This document shows, piece by piece, positions 49,998-59,618 of a stretch of 64,000 nt of DNA; within the stretch, counting starts at the first letter, position 1, and every line of letters begins with the position of its first letter. The DNA lies in NCBI GenBank assembly GCA_034189385.1, contig JAXHVD010000002.1, forward strand, positions 128,001 to 192,000. Direction: 5' to 3'. A program made the position numbers and the translations under genes. The notes beneath the pieces are model-generated. The model did no database searches, was not told the origin of the DNA, and worked only from the letters and a program-made list of their open reading frames with translations. The DNA is from Thermodesulfobacteriota bacterium (lineage in GTDB: Bacteria; Desulfobacterota; Desulfobacteria; Desulfobacterales; C00003060).

Positions 49998-52290
49998 AGC
50001 CAAGGCCACGATTCAAGGCATTGTGCAGGGTGTGGGCTTTAGGCCATTCGTATACCAACTTGCCCAGGAAAGACAATTCAAAGGGTACGTAGCCAACACG
50101 GCTTTTGGCGTCGATCTTGAGGTCGAAGGGAATCTGGCGGCTATTGAAGATTTTCTTCGAGACATTGAGGCGAAGAAGCCACCTCTGGCAGAGATTACCC
50201 TGTTTGAAACTGTTTTCCTTCCTTTGAAATCCTACCAAGAGTTTACCATTGAAGAGAGTAGATCTGATACAGAGCGTTCGGTCTTGATATCACCTGATAC
50301 AAGCATTTGTGACGACTGCCTCAGTGAATTGCTCGATCCGTCAGATAGGCGCTACAGATATCCTTTTATCAACTGCACGAACTGTGGACCCAGGTATACC
50401 ATCATTAAAGACATTCCCTATGACAGGGATAAGACCACCATGAAAGTCTTTAAGATGTGCAAGGCCTGCAATAAAGAGTACCGTGATCCCTTGAACCGAA
50501 GATTCCATGCCCAACCCAATGCATGCTGGGATTGTGGCCCCAGGGTCCGTTTATACGATCACAAGAGAGACGTCATCCCTTGCGATGACCCTATTAAGGA
50601 GACCGTCAGACTGCTCAAAGAGGGTCATATACTGGCCATCAAAGGGTTAGGCGGATTTCACCTTGCAGTGGATGCGACCCGTGACGAGGCAGTAGCGCGC
50701 TTGCGGCGAAGGAAGCATAGGGAAGAGAAACCCTTTGCCGTCATGTCTAGAGACATGGAGTCCGTTAGAAGATATGCCCATGTGACCAGGGACGAAGAGG
50801 AACTCCTCACATCGTCAAGAAGGCCTATTGTATTGTTGAGGAAAAAAGAGGGCCACGAACTCTCTCAAGGGGTATCACCGAGAAACAAGAACGTTGGGGT
50901 GATGCTTCCCTATACGCCCCTTCACTATCTGATCTTTGAGGGGGATTTTCTGGCATTGGTGATGACAAGCGGCAACATGACCGAGGAGCCCATTGTCATC
51001 GACAATGACGATGCCTTTGACAGGCTTTCATCCATTGCAGACTATGTGCTCGTACACAACAGAGACATATGTTTGAGGAGTGACGACTCTGTTTTAAGGG
51101 TTGTCGACGGTGTGGCCAGACAGATGAGGAGGTCCCGCGGTTATGTGCCTGTCCCTGTATTTCTGAAATGGGAGGCAGAGCCTGTCTTGGCTTGTGGGGC
51201 AGATCTAAAAAACACCATATGCCTCACCAAGGGGAATTGTGCCTTTTTAAGCCAACACGTAGGCGACGTGGAAAACCTGGAGACCTTAGATTTCCTAAAA
51301 TTGACTGTAGGCCATCTCAAGCGGATTCTAGAGATTGATCCTAGGATCATTGCCTATGATCTCCATCCGGGGTACCACAGTACCCATTTTGCCCTGGAGC
51401 AAAAGGATATCCAGCTCATCGGGGTTCAACATCATCATGCCCACATTGCGAGCTGCATGGCGGAAAATGGCGTGGATGAAACGGTGATAGGACTGTCCCT
51501 AGACGGCACCGGCTATGGTCTGGATGGCAGGATTTGGGGCGGAGAGGTGTTGCTGTGTAATCTGCGTGACTTCGAGAGGGTGTGCCACTTTGATGATGTC
51601 CCCATGCCCGGAGGCACCGCTGCCATCAAGGAGCCGTGGCGCATGGCGATCAGTTATCTTTATCATGCCTATGACGGGCAATTCATGGATCTTGAACTGG
51701 ATTTCTTGAAGTCATTGGATGAAAAGGAGGTCAAGGTCATTCTGAAGATGATAGAACACGGGATTAACTCTCCCTTCACATCGAGCCTGGGCAGGCTTTT
51801 TGATGGCATTGCCGCACTGATTGGTCTGAGACAGAGGGTCAAGTATGAAGGACAGGCTGCTATGGAATTGGAGATGGCGATTGAGGAGAACAGAGATTCT
51901 CTCTACCCTTACGAAATCAGCGGCCAAGACCCGAGTATGATCTTCAGGCATGAACCGATCATCAAGGGGGTGGTAAGAGATCTCCAAAGAGGATTGTCTC
52001 AGGGTAGCATCAGCGCCAAGTTTCACTATACCTTATTAGAGATGTTAAGTGAGATATGTATCAGAATCAGAGAAAAGAGGAGTCTGAACGCCGTTGCCTT
52101 AAGCGGCGGGGTCTTTCAAAATGCCTTTCTCCTCGAGGGTCTGACCAAGAGGCTCCACGATAAAGGTTTTGAAGTCTATACCCATTCTAAGGTGCCCACG
52201 AACGACGGCGGAATCTCCTTGGGCCAGGCCGTGATTGCCGATGCCCTGTCTAAAGGGGAGCCCATCTCTTCTGAAAAACTGGGTTCATGA
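49966..52290 (+). CDS. hypF: Carbamoyltransferase HypF
   Basis: GIVQGVGFRP, CTNCGPRY zinc fingers, KGLGGFHL, QHHHAH, NDGGISLGQ. Confidence 0.97.
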   Translation: MHTLEESPRGRAKATIQGIVQGVGFRPFVYQLAQERQFKGYVANTAFGVDLEVEGNLAAIEDFLRDIEAKKPPLAEITLFETVFLPLKSYQEFTIEESRSDTERSVLISPDTSICDDCLSELLDPSDRRYRYPFINCTNCGPRYTIIKDIPYDRDKTTMKVFKMCKACNKEYRDPLNRRFHAQPNACWDCGPRVRLYDHKRDVIPCDDPIKETVRLLKEGHILAIKGLGGFHLAVDATRDEAVARLRRRKHREEKPFAVMSRDMESVRRYAHVTRDEEELLTSSRRPIVLLRKKEGHELSQGVSPRNKNVGVMLPYTPLHYLIFEGDFLALVMTSGNMTEEPIVIDNDDAFDRLSSIADYVLVHNRDICLRSDDSVLRVVDGVARQMRRSRGYVPVPVFLKWEAEPVLACGADLKNTICLTKGNCAFLSQHVGDVENLETLDFLKLTVGHLKRILEIDPRIIAYDLHPGYHSTHFALEQKDIQLIGVQHHHAHIASCMAENGVDETVIGLSLDGTGYGLDGRIWGGEVLLCNLRDFERVCHFDDVPMPGGTAAIKEPWRMAISYLYHAYDGQFMDLELDFLKSLDEKEVKVILKMIEHGINSPFTSSLGRLFDGIAALIGLRQRVKYEGQAAMELEMAIEENRDSLYPYEISGQDPSMIFRHEPIIKGVVRDLQRGLSQGSISAKFHYTLLEMLSEICIRIREKRSLNAVALSGGVFQNAFLLEGLTKRLHDKGFEVYTHSKVPTNDGGISLGQAVIADALSKGEPISSEKLGS

Positions 52291-52327
52291 AGAGGTCACT
52301 CTCCAGCCTTCTTCAAGAACCCAGGTC

Positions 52328-53608
52328 TTACTCACTCCTCTGCAGGGTCAGGCCATACTCCTTTTCTACACTGGCTGCCATCACCACGGCCTTGTCTATT
52401 TCATCATAGGCAAAGGTGTCGTTTTTCAATACCAGGTGGGGTGCTTTGTCGTCGAACTGCAAGCCAAACTTGTCGGCCTTTGAGTAAAGCTCGGTCCCTG
52501 GGAGGACATGGAGAATACTAAAGACGATCGTTGTGGGTTTGAGTTCCATCATGGCCTTGACGGACCTGCAAAACCTGAAGAAATTGTCCCCTGGAAGCCC
52601 GATAATGAGATCGGTCAATACCTCAATGCCGGCATCAAGTAAGAGTGTGATACCCCGGTTGAACTTTTCCTTTCGGTAGTAACGATTCACATTGTTTAGG
52701 GTGGTGGCGTTCACCGTTTGCGGGCCCGTTTCCACGCTCAAGACATTTGCCTCTTTCAATAGCTGAATCGTTTCTTCATCAATCAGCTCAGTCATGACCT
52801 CCACCGTGCGCAAGCCGGCACCAAAGCTATTGGCATGAGAAAACATCTGGGCCAACCTCCTGAGCCTATTCTTCTTCAGGTTAAACACCGAATCGACGAC
52901 GTGGAAACTGCGGATGTGAGGGTTGCTCATGATCAATTCGATTTCTTGCTTTACCCGTTCCTCAGGGAAAAACCTGAGCCTTGGAAAGTTCTTTCCTTCA
53001 AAGCAAAAGGCGCACTGATAAGGGCATCCGCGGAATGTCTCAAGATAGGTCACCTCATCTGTGGGTGTGAGAATTCCAGTCAAGTAAGGTGATGGGATAT
53101 CCCCCAGATCGTCTATAAGGGGCCTGTCTTCGGTGCTCACGACCCGGCCGTTTTTCCGATAGGTAATCCCCTTAATAGATGCCAGTGAATCGCCCCCGCC
53201 CACGTATGACCGCACCAACTCCTGAAAGGTAACCTCCCCTTCTCCGCGGACAATGACGTCCACTGCTGGATGCCCCATCATGTATTTCTCTGCTGCCGGT
53301 CCAACCTCAGGTCCACCGAAAATGATCTTCATTTCCGGATAGAGCTGCTTCAATAATCTGGAAAGATCCAGAATCTTATCCATATTCCAGCAATAACAGG
53401 AAAACCCCACGACATCGGGCTTTTCTTTGGAAAGATAGCAAAGGGCCTGTCGCACGTCGTGGATCTCTGCGTCAAAATCCACGATCTGAATGAGGGCGCC
53501 ACGGCGAATCAAGGGATCTTTTTCTGCGTACGCTTTCAGATATCCGGCCGCCAGAGAAAAATGATTGGACCAGTTGAATCCCATTAAGGTGACCTTAACC
53601 TTGTCCAT
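52328..53608 (-). CDS. B12-binding radical SAM protein (class B methyltransferase-like)
   Basis: N-terminal cobalamin domain (VGFSCYCWN, GGPEV, GEGE); RGCPYQCAFC; LIIGLPGD. Confidence 0.9.
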   Translation of the reverse strand: MDKVKVTLMGFNWSNHFSLAAGYLKAYAEKDPLIRRGALIQIVDFDAEIHDVRQALCYLSKEKPDVVGFSCYCWNMDKILDLSRLLKQLYPEMKIIFGGPEVGPAAEKYMMGHPAVDVIVRGEGEVTFQELVRSYVGGGDSLASIKGITYRKNGRVVSTEDRPLIDDLGDIPSPYLTGILTPTDEVTYLETFRGCPYQCAFCFEGKNFPRLRFFPEERVKQEIELIMSNPHIRSFHVVDSVFNLKKNRLRRLAQMFSHANSFGAGLRTVEVMTELIDEETIQLLKEANVLSVETGPQTVNATTLNNVNRYYRKEKFNRGITLLLDAGIEVLTDLIIGLPGDNFFRFCRSVKAMMELKPTTIVFSILHVLPGTELYSKADKFGLQFDDKAPHLVLKNDTFAYDEIDKAVVMAASVEKEYGLTLQRSE

Positions 53609-54488
53609 TGCCCCCTGTCCCACCCTCATTTAGCTCCATGAGGATCCTCATATCCTCTATATGCCTGCTCTTTGGAACGGGCATGAGGTGATCGTGTCCA
53701 AAGTGATCCAAATAGCCCCTGTCCATGCCCGGACAGACGTCGTCATAGACGCATCTCTTACAATCTTCGGATTTCTTGTACGCGCCGTAAGGCGTGCCAT
53801 ATATTTCTGACACGTGGTGTTCCATGCCTGTCATGGCGCAGAGAGGAATTCCTCTTGTCACGATCCATACCCTGTTCAAGATAGCCCCGCTGATGGCATT
53901 CTGAATGTAGGGCAGTGCCTTGGACATCTCCAGCCCACTATCGTCATAGGAGAGGATGATACGATCCACTTGATAGGGAATGAAGCTCAAGGCGATGGGG
54001 CCAACATCTTCATAATTGTGCCTTGATATGGGTATTCTCAAGCTGATGAAGGCGCTGAAAGGGGCTTGATCAAGGGTGGTGATGGTGCGCAGGTTGATGA
54101 CCCCCTGCACGGTTTCTTGCAGACTCCCACTCACCTGAGTCACATCATCGTGGATATCGGGCCGATAGTGATGGACCTTTATTTCAAAGAAGTAACATCC
54201 AGACTCTACGGTTTTGACGGCAGTATGGCCATCGGCAAAGGCCCTGGCGTTGGTCAGAAGCTTGATCCTTTTAAAACCCTGATCACGAGCAGTATCCAAG
54301 ATACTGAAAAAATCTCTCCTAAGAGTGGGCTCTCCCCCGCAGAGTTCTAAGCTGTCCACGCCGTCGTTTCGGGTCAACTGGGCCGCTATTTCCGAAAGCT
54401 CAGGATCATCGGGCCTGTTGCTCTTGCGACAGTAAAGGCAGCTATTGTTACACTGACTGCCCACATAGACCCTTTTGTATATCAGCAC
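53595..54488 (-). CDS. Radical SAM protein (HxsC-like, with C-terminal Cys cluster)
   Basis: CNNSCLYC, GGEPT, TNAR, IPLC, CKRCVYDDVCPG. Confidence 0.85.
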   Translation of the reverse strand: MLIYKRVYVGSQCNNSCLYCRKSNRPDDPELSEIAAQLTRNDGVDSLELCGGEPTLRRDFFSILDTARDQGFKRIKLLTNARAFADGHTAVKTVESGCYFFEIKVHHYRPDIHDDVTQVSGSLQETVQGVINLRTITTLDQAPFSAFISLRIPISRHNYEDVGPIALSFIPYQVDRIILSYDDSGLEMSKALPYIQNAISGAILNRVWIVTRGIPLCAMTGMEHHVSEIYGTPYGAYKKSEDCKRCVYDDVCPGMDRGYLDHFGHDHLMPVPKSRHIEDMRILMELNEGGTGGNGQG

Positions 54489-54535
54489 TTGAAACTCCCA
54501 TATGTGGAGAAATCAGCCCCTTTTCCTGGCCACAC

Positions 54536-54815
54536 CTAGTGTCATGAACCAGAAATAACTGTCATTAGTCACTGTGCCGCCGAAAGCCTTTTACGTGCGA
54601 CATTGAGTATTTTCGGAATCAGAGGTCAGCTGAGTGAAGCGTTAGGAATCATAAACTGTTTGATCCGCCGCGGCGGAGAGTTATAGCGCTGACGCTTCAC
54701 TTCGTGCATGATTCAGCGCAGCGAAGCTGACTTCCCGGAAATGCTCACGGAGCCCGGAAAATGGCTTTATGGCGGCAGTCTATTTCTTAAAGGGACTTCT
54801 GAGACACGACACTAG
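54536..54815 (+). mobile_element. MITE family A, complete copy
   Basis: CTAGTGTC...GACACTAG; the right CTAG contains the stop codon of 54812-55153. Confidence 0.85.
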
Positions 54816-55153
54816 TGGTCCTCCGTTGGTTCTTCTTCTGCATCTAATATTTCTTTCTCATAAACCTCTAAGCCCTTCACAACGTCATGGAGGCTGCTAT
54901 CTTCAGGAAGTCTTTCCGACAAACTCTTGATCTTGCCCCTGATGCATGCTTCGCAGGCCACCAGAAGCTCTTCCTCAAGTGCAGGTGCAGGGAGCATAGA
55001 ACAGGCCGGGCAGATAGCAATACGATCAGGGCCCAGCCAGATCTCGTCTGGGTATCCTTTTGCCACGTGCTCACAGGCCAACCACATCACCTGCTCTCCA
55101 TGTCTTGGGCACTCGCCCATCTTCTTGTCGAAGTCTTCCGCCTTAAACGTCAT
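54812..55153 (-). CDS. Small Cys-rich hypothetical protein (possible metal binding)
   Basis: CPRHG, ACEH, CPAC, CEAC; GGAGG RBS. Confidence 0.75.
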   Translation of the reverse strand: MTFKAEDFDKKMGECPRHGEQVMWLACEHVAKGYPDEIWLGPDRIAICPACSMLPAPALEEELLVACEACIRGKIKSLSERLPEDSSLHDVVKGLEVYEKEILDAEEEPTEDH

Positions 55154-55230
55154 GCTTTCCCTCCCTTGTTAATAGCCTGCCCATTCAACGTTTGATGTTG
55201 GACGTTCGATGTTCAAGGTTCATCTTCATG

Positions 55231-55527
55231 TTACTTATCTTTCGCCTTACACGGGACTCGATACATCACCCAGGCGTCGCCCGTTTCTATGTCCCACGTT
55301 TCGTAACGCTCAATCGTTGCCCCCTCTAGGAGCGGCTCTGAGCCCTTTTCCTCCATTTCTGCTACGAGTTCGCCTATCTCTTTTTCAAAATCAACGTCCC
55401 CATCTTCGCTAAATAGGTGCTTGGGAATCTTGAAGGCCTTGCCGCGATAGACCGTCGGATCCCCTGTCTGTTGCTCTGTGACGCCCTTTTGAGTAGGATA
55501 GTAAGCGACTGTGACTTTGTGCCCCAT
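55231..55527 (-). CDS. Small acidic hypothetical protein
   Basis: AAGGAGG RBS; co-oriented between hypD and the radical SAM genes. Confidence 0.75.
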   Translation of the reverse strand: MGHKVTVAYYPTQKGVTEQQTGDPTVYRGKAFKIPKHLFSEDGDVDFEKEIGELVAEMEEKGSEPLLEGATIERYETWDIETGDAWVMYRVPCKAKDK

Positions 55528-55603
55528 GATGCCCTCCTTTTCTTCACGTTTTCACCGATACCACCAAAGAAGGGATGCTACGAAAGGTGGCTGGCGCCTT
55601 TAT

Positions 55604-55906
55604 CTAGTGTCGTGTCTTAGAAGTGCTTTTAAGAAGTAGAGTGCCGCCTTCAAGCCATTTTCCGGGCTCCGTGAGCATTTCCGGGACGTCAGCTTCGCTT
55701 CGCTGAATCATGCACGAAGTGGCTCTTTTCAAGCCATGAGGCGCAACCGTCAGCGCTATAACTCTCCGCCAGGGCGGATCAAACAGTTTATGATTCTTAG
55801 CGCTTCACTCAGCTGACCTCTGATTCCGAAAATGCTCAATGTCGCACGTAAAAGGCTTTCGGCTACACAGTGACTAATGACACTTATTTCTGGTTCATGC
55901 TACTAG
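55604..55906 (-). mobile_element. MITE family A, complete copy
   Basis: Bounded by CTAG at both ends; reverse complement of 54536-54815. Confidence 0.85.
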
Positions 55907-55915
55907 GATCACGAT

Positions 55916-57004
55916 TTAGAACTGGCTGTACTTGTAATAGGCAGCACAGGTCCCCTCACTGGATACCATGCAGGGACCTACGGGATTTTCAGGCGTGCAA
56001 ACAGTTTGGAAGAGCTTGCATTCCTTGGGTGTCTTAACACCACGGAGGATGTCGCCGCATTTGCACCCGGGCGGCTCAGGGCAGTCCGGAACCTCCAGGT
56101 CGAACAGGGCATCTGCATCAAAGCTCCTATAGGCCTCTCGCAGGGCAAGTCCACTCTTCGGAATGACTCCAAGACCTCGCCACGGTGCGTCACAAGGCTC
56201 AAAGACCCGGAACAGGGTTTTCATGGCATTCACATTGCCCTCAGGTGCTACTGCCCGTCGGTATTGAATTTCCACTCGGGCTTCGCCCGCTTCTATTTGG
56301 CTTACCAGCATAGAGATTCCCTGCAAGATGTCCAGAGGTTCAAAGCCCACAACAACACAGGGGGTATGATAGTTGGCGGCCACCAGCTCATAGGAGGCCG
56401 TTCCAATAACCGTAGTCACATGCCCGGGGCAGATAAACCCGCTGACATCCAGCTCCCCTCCCGAAAGGAGGGCATCCATGGCCGGCGGAAGGAGTTTGTG
56501 AGACGAGAGGACCGAAAAGTTCTTGATCCCTTCCACTTCGGCCGCCACTACAGCAGCAGCAATGGTGGGAGCCGTTGTCTCAAATCCCACTCCGAGAAAT
56601 ACCACTTTTTTTTCGGGGTGTTGCCGGGCAATCTCCAGGGCATCCATCGTCGAATAGACCATGCGCACGTCAGCACCCAAACTCTTTTCATGTTGCAATG
56701 ACGACTTAGACCCAGGCACCCGGATCATGTCCCCGAAGGTCGTCACAATCACACCCGGTATCTGCGCGAGTTTGAGCGCTTTATCGATGTCGCGGGCAGC
56801 GGTGACGCACACCGGACAACCAGGGCCTGAGATCAGAGCCACGTGTTCAGGCAGGACCTCACGGATACCGTATTTGAAGATGGCCACCGTGTGCGTGCCG
56901 CAAACTTCCATGAACCGGGCCGGCTTTTGGGACGTGGCCTTAATACGGTCCGCCATCTTGAGGGCCACAGAGGCATCCCGGTATTCACTCAGGTATTTCA
57001 TCAA
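55916..57004 (-). CDS. hypD: Hydrogenase maturation protein HypD
   Basis: EVCGTH, GPGCPVC, GFETT, PGHV, GPCMVSSEGTC. Confidence 0.97.
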   Translation of the reverse strand: MMKYLSEYRDASVALKMADRIKATSQKPARFMEVCGTHTVAIFKYGIREVLPEHVALISGPGCPVCVTAARDIDKALKLAQIPGVIVTTFGDMIRVPGSKSSLQHEKSLGADVRMVYSTMDALEIARQHPEKKVVFLGVGFETTAPTIAAAVVAAEVEGIKNFSVLSSHKLLPPAMDALLSGGELDVSGFICPGHVTTVIGTASYELVAANYHTPCVVVGFEPLDILQGISMLVSQIEAGEARVEIQYRRAVAPEGNVNAMKTLFRVFEPCDAPWRGLGVIPKSGLALREAYRSFDADALFDLEVPDCPEPPGCKCGDILRGVKTPKECKLFQTVCTPENPVGPCMVSSEGTCAAYYKYSQF

Positions 57005-57218
57005 TCACCCCCATCTCTTTCCAAAGCTCCAGGGTGATTCGAGCTTCCTCGGGATCAATCCTATGAAGAGCAAAACCAGCATGAATGATCACATAGTCTC
57101 CAACCTCGGGCCTTTCATCCACAATGTCCAGACGGGCATCTTTCGTGACACCAGCCAGTTCGGCGCGGATGGTGTCCCCCTCCACTTCAATCACTTTCAT
57201 CGGTGCTGCCACGCACAT
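56985..57218 (-). CDS. hypC: Hydrogenase chaperone HypC
   Basis: MCVAAP N-terminus; GDYVIIHAGFA. Confidence 0.95.
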   Translation of the reverse strand: MCVAAPMKVIEVEGDTIRAELAGVTKDARLDIVDERPEVGDYVIIHAGFALHRIDPEEARITLELWKEMGVIDEIPE

Positions 57219-57328
57219 GAGATCATCCCTCCTACCTTATTTGCGAGAGTTTTGCATCACTCTTCCGGAACCTGTTATTATTGTACGACGCACCAGAGCA
57301 AGTGTCAAATGAGTTTATGCACCCAGAT

Positions 57329-57549
57329 CTAGCGTCGTGTTAAAAAGTAGAGTGCCCGCCTTCAAGCCATTTTCCGGGCTCCGTGAGCCTTTCCAGCACG
57401 TCAGCTTCGCTCCGCTGAATCATGCACGAAGTGGCTCTTTTCAAGTCGTCAGGCGCAACCGTTAGCGCTATAACTCGGGCCTACGGCCTCAAATCCCGAC
57501 GTGTCGGGACTGCACAGTGACTAATGACACTTCTGGTTCATGACACTAG
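57329..57549 (-). mobile_element. MITE family A, internally deleted copy
   Basis: CTAG...GACACTAG ends; matches the other copies. Confidence 0.8.
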
Positions 57550-57600
57550 CGGCCGCTGACAATGGGTTAGGGGAAGCCGCCCCGAGGACTTGCCCCGCCC

Positions 57601-57689
57601 AGTAGTTATCCGGTGGTAAAATCAGGCCTTTTAGGGCGCAAAACCGGGACAACTCCCTATTGTATCATCGTTTAGTATTCGCTAATAAT
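57601..57689 (+). promoter_or_regulatory. Triple-repeat operator plus promoter (island motif copy 3), upstream of the hydrogenase genes
   Basis: AGTAGTTATCC..aaatcAGGCCTTTT..aaaccGGGACAACTCCctaTTGTAT-N17-TAATAA. Confidence 0.55.
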
Positions 57690-58367
57690 CGGTCATGCTC
57701 TGAACCCTAGGTTGTATCGTGTGATCTTCGGTCATGATCCGAACGTATCTTGAGCTCTTTGAACCAACTCTGCCGACCCGTTTACAGGAGTTCTGGGGTG
57801 TCTTGTATGGCATCAGGCAATACCAGGGAGTACGTATTTCAAATTGAAAACATACCTAGAGAAGCAAAAAAGTTTTGGTAAGACAGGTTGCAACAGGAGT
57901 CATGTAGGATGAGGGAATGGGAAATTGTACAAAATAACGCACTGTTATCAATAGAAAAATCATGGCGGGCCCCGGGCTCGCGGCACGTCCCGGTGTGGGG
58001 TTGCTATTCTGTGTTCTTTGAGATTAGGATCAAATTTGATTGGAAATAGAATCGGTGCGAATCCATTTTGCTCACTCCGTGAGCATGTTAGCAGCGTCTG
58101 CTTAACTCTGGTAGGTCACGAAAAGTCCGGCCTCGTGGCCCTACAAAAGTCAGCGACTCGCAACGCTTCAGTCGAGCAGGCGTCTTAGTCTTAAAAGGGT
58201 AGCATGTTTTTCGCAATTGGCCGTGGCTTTTGTGCTGTTGCTATTTTCTTAATGAAAGGGGGTGAAACACCAAGAGATGGAAAGAGCCTTTCCTGTGTGC
58301 CCTTGTGCACAAAGGAAGGACCCTTGTAACCTTTAGACATAGTTTGACAAAGGGGGGAGACACAACA

Positions 58368-59603
58368 ATGAATATTACCAGAAGGCAATTTTTGCACTAC
58401 TGCACTGCCTCTGCCGCCGCCCTGGGCCTCAGCCAGATGGATCTCTTGAAGCTGGAAAAGGCCTTGGCGACACCGCAGACAGGCTGCGGCAGCCCGACAC
58501 CTTCGGTGATCTGGATGACTGGCCAGGCATGCTCCGGATGCCAGACATCGCTGCTGAACCGGGTGGTGGATACTGGTGGCACGGGCTACTATGATGCAGA
58601 TTTGTTGAATGCCCTTACCGGCGGCGCATTTCCTCAAGGGGTCCCCAGCGATCCTATTCCGGAATTGAACGTGGTAAACGACGTGGCGGATCTGCTGGTG
58701 GGCGATGCCGTTGGCACCCTGGTGCCGGCCATCACCCCAAGGGGCCTCACGTGGGCGCCATTTTCGAATGGTTACGTCACGCTGGAGTGGCTGACCACGG
58801 TGAACGCCGGCGCCGGCGACATTAATGTCCAGCACATCAAGAACATCGTCAATACCGGCGGTTTTTTTCTGTTGCTGGACGGCTCGATTCCTGTGTTAGA
58901 TGAGAATTTCTGTCTCGTCTTTGATAACGAGGTGAATGACGGTGTGGGAGGGACCAAGATCATTTCCAGCCTTCCGCTCGGGCCGATTACCCTGTCTGAT
59001 GCCCTCAGGTGGATGATACCACAGGCAGCTGCCTGCATCAGCGTGGGCACATGTTCTGCCTTTGGAGGCATCCCGTCCGGCAAGAAGAACAAGACGGGCG
59101 CCATAGGGCTTCAGCAATTCATGAGCGATAATTCGCTTTCCAAGCCGTTGATCAATGTGCCCGGCTGTCCGCCTCATCCGGACTGGATCGTCTATCCGGT
59201 GGCACAGATCCTGATTCACGGCCTGCCGTCCGTACTGGCTCCAGGTTGGCTGGACGCCTGGGGCAGGCCAGCAGCGACTTTCGGCAATCAGCCCTTCTGC
59301 TCAGCGGCAGGTTCTTCCTGTGCGAACCACCCGTCCATGGGTGCGGGCTTTGCCCAACACCTGGGTGACGACGGTTGCCAGGGGAACATGGGCTGTAAGG
59401 GGCCCATCACCTTTGGGGATTGCCCTTCCCGTCAGAAGAACGTGTTCGACGACGGCACAGTGAACAACTGGTGTTCTGCCGGCTCCCGAGGGCCCAATAT
59501 CGCCCAGGCCCGGCACGTTTGCCAGAGTTGTATTCAACCGGACTTTCCGGATCCACCAACATCCCCATTCTACGAGCCGGCATCCGGCGCTAGCCCGGTT
59601 TAA
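58368..59603 (+). CDS. [NiFe(Se)] hydrogenase small subunit, Tat-exported
   Basis: TRRQFL Tat motif; CSGC, GTC, PGCPPHP; GCKGP...DC...NWC...CQSC..PDFPD; GGGGGAG RBS before ATG 58368. Confidence 0.93.
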   Translation: MNITRRQFLHYCTASAAALGLSQMDLLKLEKALATPQTGCGSPTPSVIWMTGQACSGCQTSLLNRVVDTGGTGYYDADLLNALTGGAFPQGVPSDPIPELNVVNDVADLLVGDAVGTLVPAITPRGLTWAPFSNGYVTLEWLTTVNAGAGDINVQHIKNIVNTGGFFLLLDGSIPVLDENFCLVFDNEVNDGVGGTKIISSLPLGPITLSDALRWMIPQAAACISVGTCSAFGGIPSGKKNKTGAIGLQQFMSDNSLSKPLINVPGCPPHPDWIVYPVAQILIHGLPSVLAPGWLDAWGRPAATFGNQPFCSAAGSSCANHPSMGAGFAQHLGDDGCQGNMGCKGPITFGDCPSRQKNVFDDGTVNNWCSAGSRGPNIAQARHVCQSCIQPDFPDPPTSPFYEPASGASPV

Positions 59604-59618
59604 AGGAGGTGAAATAGC

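Noticed and set aside
55154..55230. RiPP precursor peptide for the radical SAM pair
   Set aside because: The gap holds only a heptamer array; no credible small ORF with an RBS
58210..58245. Sigma54 promoter upstream of the small subunit
   Set aside because: TGGC and TTGC are present but not at GG-N10-GC spacing
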